Assembly (NCBI RefSeq): GCF_001194135.2
Contig: NC_068981.1
Span: forward strand, 142,570,332-142,634,274
Origin: Octopus bimaculoides
Lineage: Eukaryota
DNA length: 63,943 nucleotides
Direction: 5' to 3'
Shown here: positions 1 to 14,109 of the stretch, one piece after another
Position numbering within the stretch: the first letter of the stretch is position 1
Layout of the letters: each line of letters opens with the position of its first letter
Notes under the pieces: model-generated
Told to the model about the DNA's origin: nothing
Seen by the model: the letters and a program-made list of their open reading frames with translations, nothing else
Database searches by the model: none
Position numbers and translations under genes: made by a program

Positions 1-40
<40 letters not shown>

Positions 41-60
41 GTTGTTGTTATTATTATCAT
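1..60. repeat. (ATT)n microsatellite
   Basis: Directly visible trinucleotide run. Confidence 0.95.
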
Positions 61-519
61 TATATTTTTAAAAAGATTGACGTGACTCTTCACGAAGGTA
101 AACAGTCAAGACGAAGAGCGCGATTCGATCGTAAGATATTTTATTAGTTGAACGATATTTCAACAGTACGTCTGTCATTGTCAAATTCAAAATAAGAATT
201 GATAAGAATTCAAAATTACAGAAATTTAAACGTAAAGTATGAACGAGAGCAACCAGCGTCCATACGTTGATGGAATGTCATCATGAGTTTTTAAGTTACA
301 ATTTTATATCAGGCGGAAAGAAAAAGACAGAAAAAATAGAAGAAAGAAGACGACAGAAAAAAAAGGAAGGAAAAAGAGAGAAAGAAGAATATTCAATCAA
401 AGTGTTTTGTATACATTTGATGATATTCTCTTGTCATCTTATTCATTCCTCCAGGGCGAGGTGTTAATAACCCGCAAATATTTTGACTGATGTAAAACCT
501 TCACATTTTCGATTTTCTT

Positions 520-830
520 ACTTACTTTGAGGAAGGTGACACTAGTCTCTAATATAACAAAGATCAACTTGCAGCAGAAATCCAGCCCAGGTACAATCTT
601 ATGTATGGTAATATGACAGTTACTTCTCCCTAAATATGTTGGTTACGAGGTGTTCTATGTTCTCTGTAGAAGATTTGGAGTGCATGAATGCACGGGCTTC
701 CCTCTTGAACAGGATCATCAGACTCCGGAATTGCTTCGCCCTTGTCAGATGGTATATATCCACCCATTTTGATTTTGAGAGCAGCTACCACTTGGACATG
801 AGTCGCTAGTCCCAGGTGTCTGGTTTAGTC
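520..830 (-). mobile_element. Degenerate non-LTR retrotransposon ORF1 (gag-like) remnant
   Basis: Minus-strand frames give broken peptides (DIYHLTRAKQFRSLMILF; PTYLGRSNCHITIHKIVPGLD) resembling LINE ORF1 RNA-binding regions; many stops; recognised by eye only. Confidence 0.35.
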
Positions 831-2800
831 GATATAGCTTGTCAAGGAGAAAGTGTATAGGATACAGGTTACCAGGTTTTAGCAGCAAAGGATTTAATGA
901 CAACTCTCCAGAAGACGGTGGCGTTACGTTACCCTTTAACCTGAAGGAAGAGTCTTATGTCCACATGCCGACTACCGCTCCAAGACGATTTAAGAAAGGA
1001 CGAATTTTACCGGCATTGGCACCAATTTTGTTAGTGCCATAGTTTAATCAATCTGTAGAGTAAGTGAATGTTAGGAGCACCTCCATCCTATGAAGAAGAC
1101 TACTGTAGTGACCAAGACTGATTTTCGCTGTCAGGATCACATCTCCCGTCCTACTGGCAAAAGTACATATCCTGGAGATGAAAACCAACTTCAGAAGCAG
1201 TTGAAATGCACAGTAACTTTTGCATCAACATCGCTAAGAACAACTATCATGAAGGGCCATGCTAATGTCAGGGATATAAGTATTTGCTTTTATTAGGATT
1301 TTACTCTTGTAGAATCGAGAGTGGTACATGTACTTTCACAATGACGCGCATCCGTCTAGTGACTTTCAGCCCAAGAACACATAAACGCTTTCAAGCGTAC
1401 AAATATATGTCCATATGCATACAGAAAAATACGTATATGCATAGACTGATAAATTCAAATATTTATGCATGCATACAGGCAATCGCATATTTGCATCATA
1501 ATTATACGTCTTAGCAACATAGGATATGCTTCAATTTAAGAGTAATAACCTGCGTTATATAGGAAGGTAGTCTTTGTTAACCGTGATAGATAATGGTATC
1601 AATTTCTATGTATTTCATAATGATGTGTAAAGAGGTGAAGAAAATTAAGTAAGCTGATCAGACTTAGAGTACATTACAAAATTAATAAAAGGAAATGAAA
1701 AAGCTTCTGCTGAATGTTTGTAGACATAGCAATCAGTCATCCCTCTTATTACAACCGACGACTGTAAAGATAACAAGCGTCAATGCTTAATGTAATGCTA
1801 GGCATATAGTTGAAAAATGCATAAGGCTATGTGAACATTACTGAAACTCATCCGTCATAAATCTTCTCGATCAGGACTGATTTGGGTCGGCAATTCATAC
1901 AAAATATTCTAATATTTCTATAGTTATTGCCATAAACATTTATTCCTAACAATGCTAAATTGACTGTTTCCATTCTGCTACAATACATTCAATAAAGCGA
2001 GTTTGAATAACCTTGTGGTTAGGACGTTACACTCACAATATGAAGATCGCGGTTTCAATAAAAAGACCGGGTAGTGTATTGTGGTCCGCGATGACTTCGG
2101 TACCCGACGGTGGTAGACTGTGCATCTGTATAGACACTGTCAATCTGATGGAGGGTGTAAGCTAACGTACTGCAGAAACATTTGATCACTATAAACAAAT
2201 CATTTGTGCAGAACTGTCTTTTACGGACTACGGGAGATACCATCATCACCATTATCATTCAATAACATTTATTAAATCTTACTCTTTGATAATTTCTAGA
2301 TTAATGTTGTTTAATAATAAACCGAAATTTCAGTTTATTCAGAACATATTAAAATATCAACGTTTATTTTTCTATTTCCAATAACATTTTAAGAAACTAT
2401 ACCTAATCTCTTCGCCTCTTCCAAGTGTATAAACATAGCATAAGATAGAATTCTTTTGTTGGAAAGATCTGTTTTACTTTTAATTAAATAAACGAGAAAA
2501 TTAAAAAAGAAAATATCTAACGTCTCTGTACACAAAATGGTTGTTATATTTTAAATATTTATGACACTAGCAGTTAGCAAGCTTCGTAATAAAATTATTT
2601 ATACCAGCGATGATATGCAGTTATTTTCAAACTGAATGGCTTTATTTCTCATTGCAAAATATAACATTATCTAAGGGAGATTTTATGTTGAAGTCACACA
2701 ACCTAACAGATAGATAGCTTTAAAGAAGAAACCAATCCTGTAGAAATCAAATTTTCTAAACTCAAAATCCTCTCAAGTACCATGATATAAGTCTTTCAGC

Positions 2801-2888
<88 letters not shown>

Positions 2889-2960
2889 TAATAATAATAT
2901 TATCATCATAATCAACATCATCATAATCATTATCCTTATAATTATCATCATGGTCGTCAT
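2801..2960. repeat. (ATT)n followed by (AAT)n and (ATC)-rich compound microsatellite
   Basis: Directly visible; source of the I/L-rich ORF 2796-3020. Confidence 0.95.
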
Positions 2961-3494
2961 GATTTGGTTCCTATTGCATGAAAGTGCATATTGCCTATAT
3001 TCATTGAAACATCGATTCAAAAATAGGTGAAAATCCCAAACATGCTCAGTTGAAACATTTGTGTTTGTAAATTGAAGATGAAGAATTGAATTGACTTGGA
3101 TAGGTATAACATAGCTTAATCCGACGAAACAGAAATATAGGTATTTAAATTAGTAATAACAAGAAAATATATTTTATTATTAACAATATATATTATCTCA
3201 TTAATTTGAATTTGCATGATTTCCACATATACGGGGACCTGTATATACGATGTCAGAAGCAATTTATGTATATTTCCAAAGTAATAAGCAATCCCTTGAC
3301 ATGGTTTATACGGAATATGAAATCTAACCACCATTGAAATGAAAAAAACAAAATAGTGAAACAATATTTTAAAACATATATCGATATGCATAAAAGCAGA
3401 AAGGCCGCCAGCAATGATTTCAACTTCTCATCATATAATTATGCATGAATGTACGACTGCAAACGCGCACACCTAAGTACACACGCATGTACAT

Positions 3495-3585
<91 letters not shown>

Positions 3586-3642
3586 GACATATACTATAGG
3601 GATATAGATATATACATACATATATATCTGTATATATGTATG

Positions 3643-3720
<78 letters not shown>

Positions 3721-3822
3721 TAGGTATTTGTATGTATATATCTATCTACATATATATGTGTGTGTGTGTGTGTGTGTGTCTGTGTGTGTCTGTGTGTGTA
3801 TAATTATATATATATATATATA
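3495..3822. repeat. Compound (CA)n/(TA)n/(GA)n/(TG)n microsatellite block
   Basis: Directly visible. Confidence 0.95.
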
Positions 3823-4641
3823 CATTACATGTGGTCTATTTCTGTCACTTTTCTAAAACGACTTAGACAAGCAAAGTAATTGCTAGCGATGTGGAAAATC
3901 ATAAGAGACTTTGCAGGAGAGAGGAAGGATGAGGTCTGTTTAGATGTACAACAGAATATATCATGAATAATCTCTGATAATAGAGGAAGTAAAAATATCA
4001 ACAACGGTGACAATGACGACGAGGATAATAGATATGACGATGAGGAGGAGAAAGAGGAGGCTTGAATTTCTCGATGAAAAACAAAAGGTTCACAGATAGA
4101 TCCTGGACGATAAGGGAAGAATCATCTAGGGGTTATGCAAAAGGTTGTAAAAAATGAAATAACACAAAGAGCCCAAGAACTGAAACACGTCATAATTCCT
4201 CTAAAGCACGATGCTTGTGAAATCCCTACAGAATCCAGAAGCGCCTTGATCACTTGAACAAATATACCTTTCCTATATTCCTTCCTCAATCCATAGGCGC
4301 ATACTCATAGTAAACCTTCTTAGTCGACATCGTTGCCATTTTCATTCATCTTTCAAAAAATTCGCTGCGATGCAGCACTTTCTATTTCAAATGAAGTTTG
4401 TAACATTTGATTAGGGCATAACCACAGGAGTAGGTATCTGCTTTCATTGCTTTTGGTCTGATTCGCCTCACAACCGCTTTGTGCTACACCACCGATCATA
4501 TGAATACAGCCTGTCCTTCCCAGCTAAATGAAGGCGGCCAGACGATATTCAAAATCGATTCAGCGTATTGGTCAGCACTTCCTATTATCTGTGATCCCTG
4601 GTGCTAGTGCTGTTGTTTGTTCCTTCTGGAGCCATGCCTGC

Positions 4642-4890
4642 CTCATAAGGGCCGGTTTCCCGGTTTCATTGGCGTGTAGGTTCCCCACTCCGACGGGATG
4701 CCGGTCTATCGCAGATGAGCTGCTAGATGCAGGAAGAAAGAGTGAGAGAAAATTGCGACCAGTAAGTCAGCAGAAGTTCGCCATTACCCCCTGCCGGAGC
4801 CGCATATTCATACGCATCACGCGGTCTGAGATTCGAACCCTCCATCCCTCGACCACGCGTCCGCGTCCACGCGTCCGACCATGTGCCTCC
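4642..4890 (-). mobile_element. tRNA-derived SINE
   Basis: Minus strand starts TGGAGGCACATGG, B-box GGTTCGAATCTC at 4828-4839, GC-rich body, 3' tail GAAACCGGGAAACCGGCCC resembling the tail of the SINE at 54972. Confidence 0.75.
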
Positions 4891-5197
4891 ACTCTGATGG
4901 TGGTGTATCTTCTATTTATTTTGTTACCGTTGCTTCCACTCTTTGTGTTCCCAAGGAAGTTGTTGCTGCTAGTTGTGCGTGGGTTCCATTCTTGTATCAA
5001 GTGATGCACTCAAACTGTTGTAGTGGTTGCATGCTTTCATTGTAGGTGTGGTTACCGTTGCTATTGTTTTTGTTGTTGCTGTCGTTGTGTTGTTGTTGTG
5101 ATGTTGCTGCTGTTGTGTTGTTGCTGTTGTTGTTGTGCTAGTAGAGTGTTGATGTGGTCTTGGCAATAGTGAAAATCATATTCTGTTATTGTTAGTG

Positions 5198-5296
5198 TCA
5201 GAAAGCTTGGAGGTAGTCAGTGTTTCCACACTTGTAACATCGATGTCTTCTATCCTCTACTATCACCTGTAATAGTTGCCCGCCTTGAATATCCAT
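5198..5296 (-). mobile_element. LINE ORF1 zinc-knuckle remnant
   Basis: Translates MDIQGGQLLQVIVEDRRHRCYKCGNTDYLQAF*, a degenerate CX2CX4HX4C knuckle, followed by a Thr/Gln low-complexity tract. Confidence 0.5.
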
Positions 5297-5487
5297 CCCT
5301 TAGATGGTTGGTGGTGGTGGTGGTGGTGGTTGTCGTCTCACATTCATTTGAATTAGAATCTCCAAATACACATACGTCAATCTCAATTTCAAAATCGTGT
5401 TACTTCCCATAGCATGCTACAGTTATTCGAAACCATATATTTTATCATATACTAGAAATCTAGTTGTTTAATCCGTAGCTCTAATAT

Positions 5488-6269
5488 CACCAGTCACATA
5501 TACTCATCTTGACATCAGCGACTGGCAGCTGTTCACATCAATGTCACTAAAAGTGAATGAATAGTTATGCAAACAATGCATTAACTTCTTTTAGATTCGT
5601 GAAGTCATATTAAAAAATGATTAGCTTTTTAAATATAAACTAAAAGCCGTTGTATGTTATAAAGCAGGATTTTGTCATAATCTTTTTCTTAATACGATTT
5701 TACACAATATATTCTTTGAGCTTATGATAACTTTTCAAGCTATAAAACTCCTATGTAGTGTGTACGTTAATATTCATAGTCACACACACACACACGATCA
5801 CACGTGGGTGTCATCTGTAAGAGAGTGTGTATACTTTTGTGTTTGCGCTTGTGTGTGCCCACGTGGATTTGTTTGCATCATGACAGAAATAACCTCTGCT
5901 AAGTCTCTACTTATAACATTTGACCCTGTATAACTCATAACTTAAAGTTGTCGTCGGCAACTAAAGCAGCCACTACATATTAGAAGGTTATTGGAAACCC
6001 AGCAGGAGGCAAGATATGTCAAAAGGCAGATAAATTCAACGTTACTCCAGAGACGACCTTGTGACAAGGAATTAGGTCATTGAGATAATCGAGAAGGTGA
6101 CCAAATGTGCCTGACGAACATCAAAGTATTCATTCAGAAGTTAACACACTTCGAATTATAAACTCGTTTGCCTGGTTGACGAAACGAGACGGGAATTTTA
6201 ATATATATCTTCCAGTTTATGCTTCCACCAGTGACATATACTCATCTTGACATCAGTGACTGGCACCTG
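5488..6269 (+). repeat. Pair of 44-bp direct repeats (5488-5531, 6226-6269)
   Basis: CACCAGT(C/G)ACATATACTCATCTTGACATCAG(C/T)GACTGGCA(G/C)CTG; 3 mismatches. Confidence 0.9.
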
Positions 6270-7739
6270 ATATTTAACGAACGTTTGTTGTTTTGCACCT
6301 CATAGATAGTACTGTCTAACATTGTAGTATTCTAGTCAAAATGTTTTGTAGATAGGTGCGGGAAAATGTACGCTGAATTAGCGATTTGCAATTTTCAGTC
6401 ACAATTTCTCCTGCACACTAGGTGGTGTACGCTTCATCTTTAAACTGATTTCTACGATTTTGGCAGTTGAAAGAATTTAGTGGAATGATCTGGGAAGGGA
6501 TTAAAAACATTGTTTATCCATTCCCTGCGCCAAATTCCGAGCGGTGTACCATATCATTCTGCTATTCAATTCAGCATATTTAACAAGCTTAAACAACTGA
6601 AAGTTACGGAACAGGCTTACCACTGGAAAATGCCTCATGTGATGGATGACAAGAAATTCGTCCTATCTAAGCGATGTGTGTATCTCGTTGTAGATACTTA
6701 AATGAAATAAGTATAGTTACTTTTGTCTTATAAAATCAACAGATATAAAATGAAAAGCAGCCTTGGACTTAGCGCTCAGAAAGAACGTGCTTAGTATTTG
6801 AATTACCTGACTTTCAGCTAGAGTGAACAAATTATTACATCCCGTTTTACGGCAGTTCTACAAAGGTTCATTTGACTAATGTAAAGAACTATCCTACTCA
6901 AAGGAAGAATACGCATCGCGTTTCTAAGAATATCTTGAAATATCCATTACAACTGCACTGACTGGTGACAAAATGATATTATATGGGGTTTTTAAATCAG
7001 GTTATGCCTTAAATGAATATATGTGGTTTATCATGATATTAAGCTTTCAGAAAAATGAGTATGTCCGCTCGTTGTAGTTATCTAATGAAACGGGCCTTCT
7101 AATAGTTAACGCACGGCTACAAGCTTGAGCATTAGAAATTTAAGTATAAGACATGTGAACACGTTCTCGGTTGAAACACAGTCATACTGCTGTCTTTGTC
7201 ATATTACAACATTCCATTCATCTTCGCTTGTAGGTGAAAAACTTGTGTAATACCACGCGTTATTAAGATCTGTCACTACCTGTACGAACAGAGATGAAAT
7301 TCGTTCTTATACTACATAACATGAAAGGACAGGATCGATCAAAGTTTGAGTAACTCCGAGTTACAATAATTACATTCTTCATAGATTTCTTGTAAGTAAA
7401 CCACTAGACTGTTCATAAACAGATGTTAAACAAAATGGTTACGCAACCTAAGCCGATATGTTGGAATTAAGGGCATATGGAGTCACAGATTAATTCGGTG
7501 GAAATAACTGAGTCATATCTGACATCCTACACGTATCAAAGCAGAATTTATTTTATCCTAATTGATCGGGAAATTTACGTCCGAAAATGCAGAATCGTTG
7601 GAACACCATAAGTCAGTGTTGCAGAAAGTATTGATGCCTACGAAGAGCTTATAATGGTTGAACTTGTCCATAGATAGAGATGCTTGCCAAGAAAGACTCC
7701 GAAGCAAATTGTTTAGTACTTCCTTCTAACAGAGTTTTT

Positions 7740-7845
7740 AGATATTTGCCCAGAGTTTTATTGAAACGTCTGCTGCTATCTATTCTACCGATGTTTCAGA
7801 GTCTCAATATGGATTCAGATATGGTCGAGGCATAGAGATAAGCTC
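7740..7845 (+). mobile_element. RTE-like LINE reverse transcriptase remnant
   Basis: Frameshifted IFA/RVLLKRLL...VSESQYGFRYGRG resembles the RT motif ESQxGFRxGR. Confidence 0.55.
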
Positions 7846-10246
7846 TGTAACACCAGCTACAGACGTGCATATAGATCACATTTCAACTTAACCAATGTTT
7901 TGTCAAAAGCTGATCTCTGTGGACAATGGATTTACACTTACGCAGGTATAGTCATGAATTGAAATGCATTGCATACTTATGAATATTTTAAACATACAAT
8001 AATCGCAAAAATCATAACCTAAATTCTAATAATCTATCTGCGACTTTTAGAAACATAATCATTTAATGCATAAGGAAGTCCTATTAGCATAATTAGTGAA
8101 GTACTGGAGTAAATACTTCGCAACATTTGGTATCTCCGTACACGTCCTTAGATTAAAATTTTATTGCAAGGTAAAATAACCTTCAATCACCACAGAATTT
8201 AAGAAATTTTCAGGTGTAAACTTGAATAGTTTGATCCATTAGACATAGATTGTTAGTTTCATGCTTAATTGTCTACGAATCACTAAGTATATAATATTTT
8301 GGATAGTTTTCAAATTACGATTTCCCTAACGATTTCCCCAAGTTGTTTATGAGTGAGTTTTACTGTATTGGAACTGGAAGTAAAAGGTGTTAAGTTTGTT
8401 TGCAGTGCATGTACGTCTGGCAAAAATGCGTGTTGGAAATAAAATAAATTGTAAAATATGAAAGATTGCAAAATAATCAGTGTCTCCACAATCAGTATAT
8501 GCGAGGGTGGAGCACCAGGGAAAAAGAGCAGAGACCATGCAGGTTGCATTTCAATGTAGGAGGGAAAGCGATGCTTATTAAATACGAATGTTTTTCATCT
8601 CCATCTCGCTATCATTTTCATTCCTAACATTAGCTTCTAATTTAGACGTACGGGCTAAATTTATGACTATTTTTAGATCCAGTCAGTTACTTTATTACAT
8701 AATTCTTTGACACATGGATGGTTCGAAACAAATTATACTTGAACAGGATTTTGAATTTGCAACTTTGAATGGTGTATTTTTTTAAATTCTACCAATTACT
8801 ACATTCGCCATTTTTTTGAAAAAGAAGATAAGCTATTAAATACAAAAAATAGAGTTCCAATAATAATCACTCCATTGCATTCTAGGTTCTAATGTCATCG
8901 ATATATTTTTTGGTATTCAACTTTTCAAGATCATTCAAATTACTATAAATCATATATTCTAGATGTAATAAACAACATACTATCGTATGACATAAGAAAG
9001 TATTACAAAAACATAATCATCAAGAAAGTCAGGACAAACAAACGAATGTGTCAATAAAATCAAGGTATCATCCAAATTTTTTTTTTCAAATTAAGCGAAA
9101 TTTTTTTTGTTCATGGTGTTATAAGAAATAGTACGTCTCTATTCGGGTAATGTTGTCCTAGATAAATTATATGAAAATAATACGAGTTGGCCTTGATTGG
9201 AAGGGAGTACGTCAGAGAAAGCAATAACAACAACAACAACAATAAAGGAAAACATAATCTCTCGTAATTCAATATTTGAAACCATTCAATTTATACTATT
9301 TATGTAATCTGGTTCGAAAAAAATAGATAAAATAAAATGAAATAGAAGCAAGAACAGCGTTGCAATATTAAACTTATATGAAAGTTGGGAAGTATTCATT
9401 TAAATATTCATTTGACATAAGGATAATATGCTGTCTCATTTATCTAATTAGTTAAGATAAATAGCATTTATTCTTTATTTTGAATTTTTTTTTAAATTGT
9501 CTTCCCGAACTTTTCATTTAAAATTTGTTGTAGCTAACGAACAGGAAGATACTAGAAAAAAAAGAAGAAACTGTAGACGAACTGCAACACAACGCTCTAC
9601 ATACAAGCATATAATGTAAAATATATTATGTGCATGTGTGTGTGTTTGTGTGTCTGCGCGGCAGAGAGGAAAAATGTTCTTCGTTTGATGTGATATAGGT
9701 TTCTTTCTTTTTGCTTTTGAGATTTGTCTGCTCTCATATATTTCTATATTCATTTATTTACTTCTACACATCTTTTTTAGACGAGATTCCAGCGCTTAAT
9801 TCTCCAATACACCATAGCATGAACGACACTAACGGTCATTTTTTTTTTGGGCTTGTTAATAACACAGCAACATATCTAATATATTTGTCTTTATTCGAAT
9901 TTGCTGTTGTTTTCATTGTGTTGCTTTTGTGTTGTTCTCTCATTTTGATTTTGTCTGTTTTACTTGAGTTCATTGAACAATGAAAAAAAATAACATTCCA
10001 GAATTAACAATCATTAGGAACATGACTTTTTTTTGTTTAAAAGCCTAATGGATTTAGAAACATAATAGAAATAATGGATTTCTAAGAGTAAAGGAAGTCT
10101 AGTTGCTAAAACTTTAAAACATTATATATGTAGGGTATGCGCATGCGTGTGTGCTTGTTTGAAGTTGTGTGAAGTATGCGTGCATGAGCGTATCTATATT
10201 ACATATTCATGTACGTTTGTTTATATATATATATATATATATATAT

Positions 10247-10527
10247 NNNNNNNNNNNNNNNNNNNNNNNNNNNNNNNNNNNNNNNNNNNNNNNNNNNNNN
10301 NNNNNNNNNNNNNNNNNNNNNNNNNNNNNNNNNNNNNNNNNNNNNNNNNNNNNNNNNNNNNNNNNNNNNNNNNNNNNNNNNNNNNNNNNNNNNNNNNNNN
10401 NNNNNNNNNNNNNNNNNNNNNNNNNNNNNNNNNNNNNNNNNNNNNNNNNNNNNNNNNNNNNNNNNNNNNNNNNNNNNNNNNNNNNNNNNNNNNNNNNNNN
10501 NNNNNNNNNNNNNNNNNNNNNNNNNNN
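10247..10527. other. Assembly gap (first of 12)
   Basis: Other N-runs start near 12875, 14274, 20024, 21368, 23632, 28438, 35496, 43009, 48246, 48843 and 59377; most are flanked by (TA)n or (CA)n. ORFs crossing them are artefacts. Confidence 0.98.
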
Positions 10528-13317
10528 ATATACATGTATGTATGTATGCACGTAAGTACAACTAATGATACATCCGTGTACGGTATGCAAGACCGTACTC
10601 ACTGTCACTCTGATACATATATAACCCCCATAATTGAATGCTACGCTCTCTACACGCGCACGCACATACTCATGCATGTACAAATATTGATATCTGAAAA
10701 ACGATTCACAATTAGGCCTTTTCGAAATAGTTGAATATATGCTTAGATTGAGGTACAGAATAACAACGGTTTCGGTGTTTCGAATCATTGGTCCTTCAAA
10801 CGTTAATATAGGCAAATATGTACCTGGTAGAAAAAAAAAAAGTCGAAACATCGGTGAGAACCGTATGAAAATAGTGTTGTACAATATAAAGGTATAGAAA
10901 ATTCAACGGCAGATGGATTATTTCCAAATCCAACTGTTGCTAAAAAAAGTGCGGAATTTTTTTTTTATAAAATAAATGAAATTCGTAAGAGACCTGTCTA
11001 ATAAATATACTCATGAAGTACTGTATAGGAATGTAGAAATATGGGTATGTCGATAATTAATATGAATATATGATATATACAATTTTTAGATGTATGCATA
11101 TTAATGAATATTATATTTAGTTTGAAGCTAAACAATTAACAATATACTCTCGAAAGTTTAAGAGTACGAAGTTTAAGAATAAAGATTGTAACTTATAAAC
11201 CTGATTTCGAAATTATTTTCTCCAACAAAAATATTTCAATTTTTACCGGTGCGTTAAAAAATGTTCCATGTTCCTCTCATTCGTTTAAAAATAATAACCA
11301 ATTAGTGAACGATAAAATAATGAGGGGAATCAGTGGTGGTGAATCTGCGAAATAAATGATGCAGAAGACGAGTTACATTGCATTTTCGATACGACATCTT
11401 GAGAGAAACTAACATAGAGCTGAAATGTGTGTAATACTTTGAGCATCGACAAATTAATAGGAGGGAGATGGATCCCTAATGTTGTTGAAGGTTTAGAATG
11501 AAATCGTAATTGAAAGAAAAATGACATAATTAGCTAATGTAGGCACAGTTAACACATGGCTAACATCAGAAGTGACACACCAACAGACTAAGAATGTTTA
11601 AAATATGGGATACTTTCAAATGTCCCCAACTGTGTGATATGTATATACATACTCATAAGGAGATAGAAGGGGAAGAAAGAAAGGGAGAACTGTATATGTG
11701 TATCGCTGTCTTATGGGCAATGCTGAATGACAGCTTTGCACACAATGATGGCCCCGTGAACAATAATGCAAAGGACATGCACGGGCAGACGTTTTGAAGC
11801 CGGCCAAGTTGAATTATGAATATAATTGAAGCCTCTCAGAGTTGCACTTTAGACTTCCGCTTACATCCTACAAGCTGTAATGGACAAGCAACATCATGAG
11901 CGTGAAGATCTCCCATATATCCAAAATTTCCTGTGATTTCCATCTATCCCAACATTGCAACTGAGTAAGCTCCTGTTGAATATCTCTCTTTACACCAATC
12001 CTTCTTCTGATGCCCAGCAGTAGGTTTCTCAATATGATTGAACTTATTCAAGATGTTAGGAATGCAAACTGTTTTACCTCTTTCTCTAATTGATAGTATT
12101 CATCTGTCTACATGTCTACGATTCTCTCTTGAAAGTCAACCTGAGTGAAGATCATGTTTTCGATGACAGTGAAACTTTGTCCAAACTCTTTGAAAGTAGG
12201 TAAAAATTATACCTCTATTTTAGCATGGCACATCGTATGTACGCGGACGGGCAATATATTTGCGTCAACAGTTATAGGTATCTATGACAATAATACATAG
12301 GATTTAACGCTCTAACCTTGTTCGGCTCCCGAGCATAAGAACACAGCACACCCCTTTCATTTTTCTACCTAGTAGGAGTAATCGTGGAATGGGAGTGACT
12401 TCCTAGGGAGCATTATTATTGAAATATCGCCATTCGTGAGCTCTAGAATGTATTAATGTAATTCTACATGGTAGGTGAAGAATCTACTCTCTCAAAGAGG
12501 ATGAGTCTGCTAACTTTTCTATCCGCGAAAGCAAGAAACTGCATAGTGTATTGCGATTTCAAGATTGATGGAATCCAGAATGCACTTACAAGTAACTGTT
12601 ATTTTCACTTAGAGAGGTTGTTTGGCATGCATTGTTGTGAGAGTTGGAAATGAAGTTATATTTGTATCTTTACAAATATCGTCCTGGATATGTTTTTAAA
12701 CTGCTTCGGTTAGTAGTGCTCTTCCAAGTTCTAAGTTGTGTGGAACCATCTCTGAGCCATTGCTGTTGCCAGGTCTGCTCTGTCAGGGAGTAACAGCAAC
12801 TATGATGATCCGCGCTATAGGTTAATTTACATATATATGTATGCATGTATATATATATATATATATATATATATNNNNNNNNNNNNNNNNNNNNNNNNNN
12901 NNNNNNNNNNNNNNNNNNNNNNNNNNNNNNNNNNNNNNNNNNNNNNNNNNNNNNNNNNNNNNNNNNNNNNNNNNNNNNNNNNNNNNNNNNNNNNNNNNNN
13001 NNNNNNNNNNNNNNNNNNNNNNNNNNNNNNNNCATATATATATACACACATATATACACACACATATAGCTAAATAAGTTGCAGGTAAAAATCTTGTAGA
13101 GTGCTTTGCAAAGCTCGTCCACATTTATCGGCTGCCTGGTGTCATCAGACAGTGGAAATACAAATCAAGAATTCGATAGCATCTGTATTTAAAGAATCAC
13201 CTGAGAATATGCCCTTAACCATTATACAAGAACTTACAAATGAACTTAAGGTGTAAAGATGTGTCGAACGAATTGTTCTGATTTTAAATAACTATCTTTC
13301 ATTGTATGGTGCATCAT

Positions 13318-13318
13318 G

Positions 13319-13366
<48 letters not shown>

Positions 13367-13399
13367 CATCTATCTATCTATCTATCTATCCAACTATCC

Positions 13400-13467
<68 letters not shown>
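13318..13467. repeat. (ATCT)n microsatellite
   Basis: Directly visible; resumes at 14110-14160 after the LINE. Confidence 0.95.
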
Positions 13468-13468
<1 letters not shown>

Positions 13469-14109
13469 GTCGCGCCTCCTTCTTTTAAACGGGAAGGAAG
13501 AGCTATTTTCATCGTACTTGTGGCTATGGCGAAAGAATGTGTATGGTGGACGCGTCTGAAAGGTCTAGAGACAAAGACTTTCCTCTCTGGGCAATCTCAT
13601 CAACTTCTTCAAGTATCATCTGAAGAGGAAGGTGAGAGTAGAAAGGGAAGTCGTGTCTAGTGAATGCTTCAAAAAAAAGATGGGTGGATGTAGCAAGAAT
13701 GGCACGTGTAAATGACGGAGCCACCTTGAGCATAACACTATAAAAGAGTTTTAAAAATCCAGACAAAAAACAAAAAGGCAAAAGAGAGTCACTTGCTGTT
13801 ATAGTTTCTGTAATGACAATATTGACCAAGGCTACCGTGGTCTTTTCCGTAGGCTTTTCTTTCCACGGCTAAACCTAAATTGTCCTCCCCTCTTTTTACA
13901 CGAGAACATTACTGTGTGATACACGATCCCTCTTGATCGCTTTTTTTTTTCGATCCCTTTTGATCGAACGCCACCCTCTTTCCCTTCCTACGATCCCTTT
14001 TGATCGACACACACCTATTGTTTTTTTATCCTTCCCCTTCCCAAAAATAAAAGCTCTACGTTGTATTTGTCCCATCTTTGTTGAGCCCTGTGTGGCTAAT
14101 AAAAGAAAT
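13468..14109 (+). mobile_element. 5'-truncated Tx1/L1-clade LINE: ORF2 C-terminus plus 3'UTR
   Basis: With two frameshifts reads [82 protein letters not shown] (stop 13741-13743); 3'UTR ends CTAATAAAAGAAAT. Confidence 0.7.

Noticed and set aside
680-730. Minus-strand CTGATGA with nearby hairpins
   Set aside because: GAAG instead of GAAA and no NUH triplet at the required position.
4528-5004. 158-aa ORF
   Set aside because: Mostly the antisense reading of a SINE.
11330-12230. Faint LINE-like motifs (CEINDAEDELHCIF on plus; YLLSKSLDKVS on minus)
   Set aside because: Single short motifs with no supporting neighbours.
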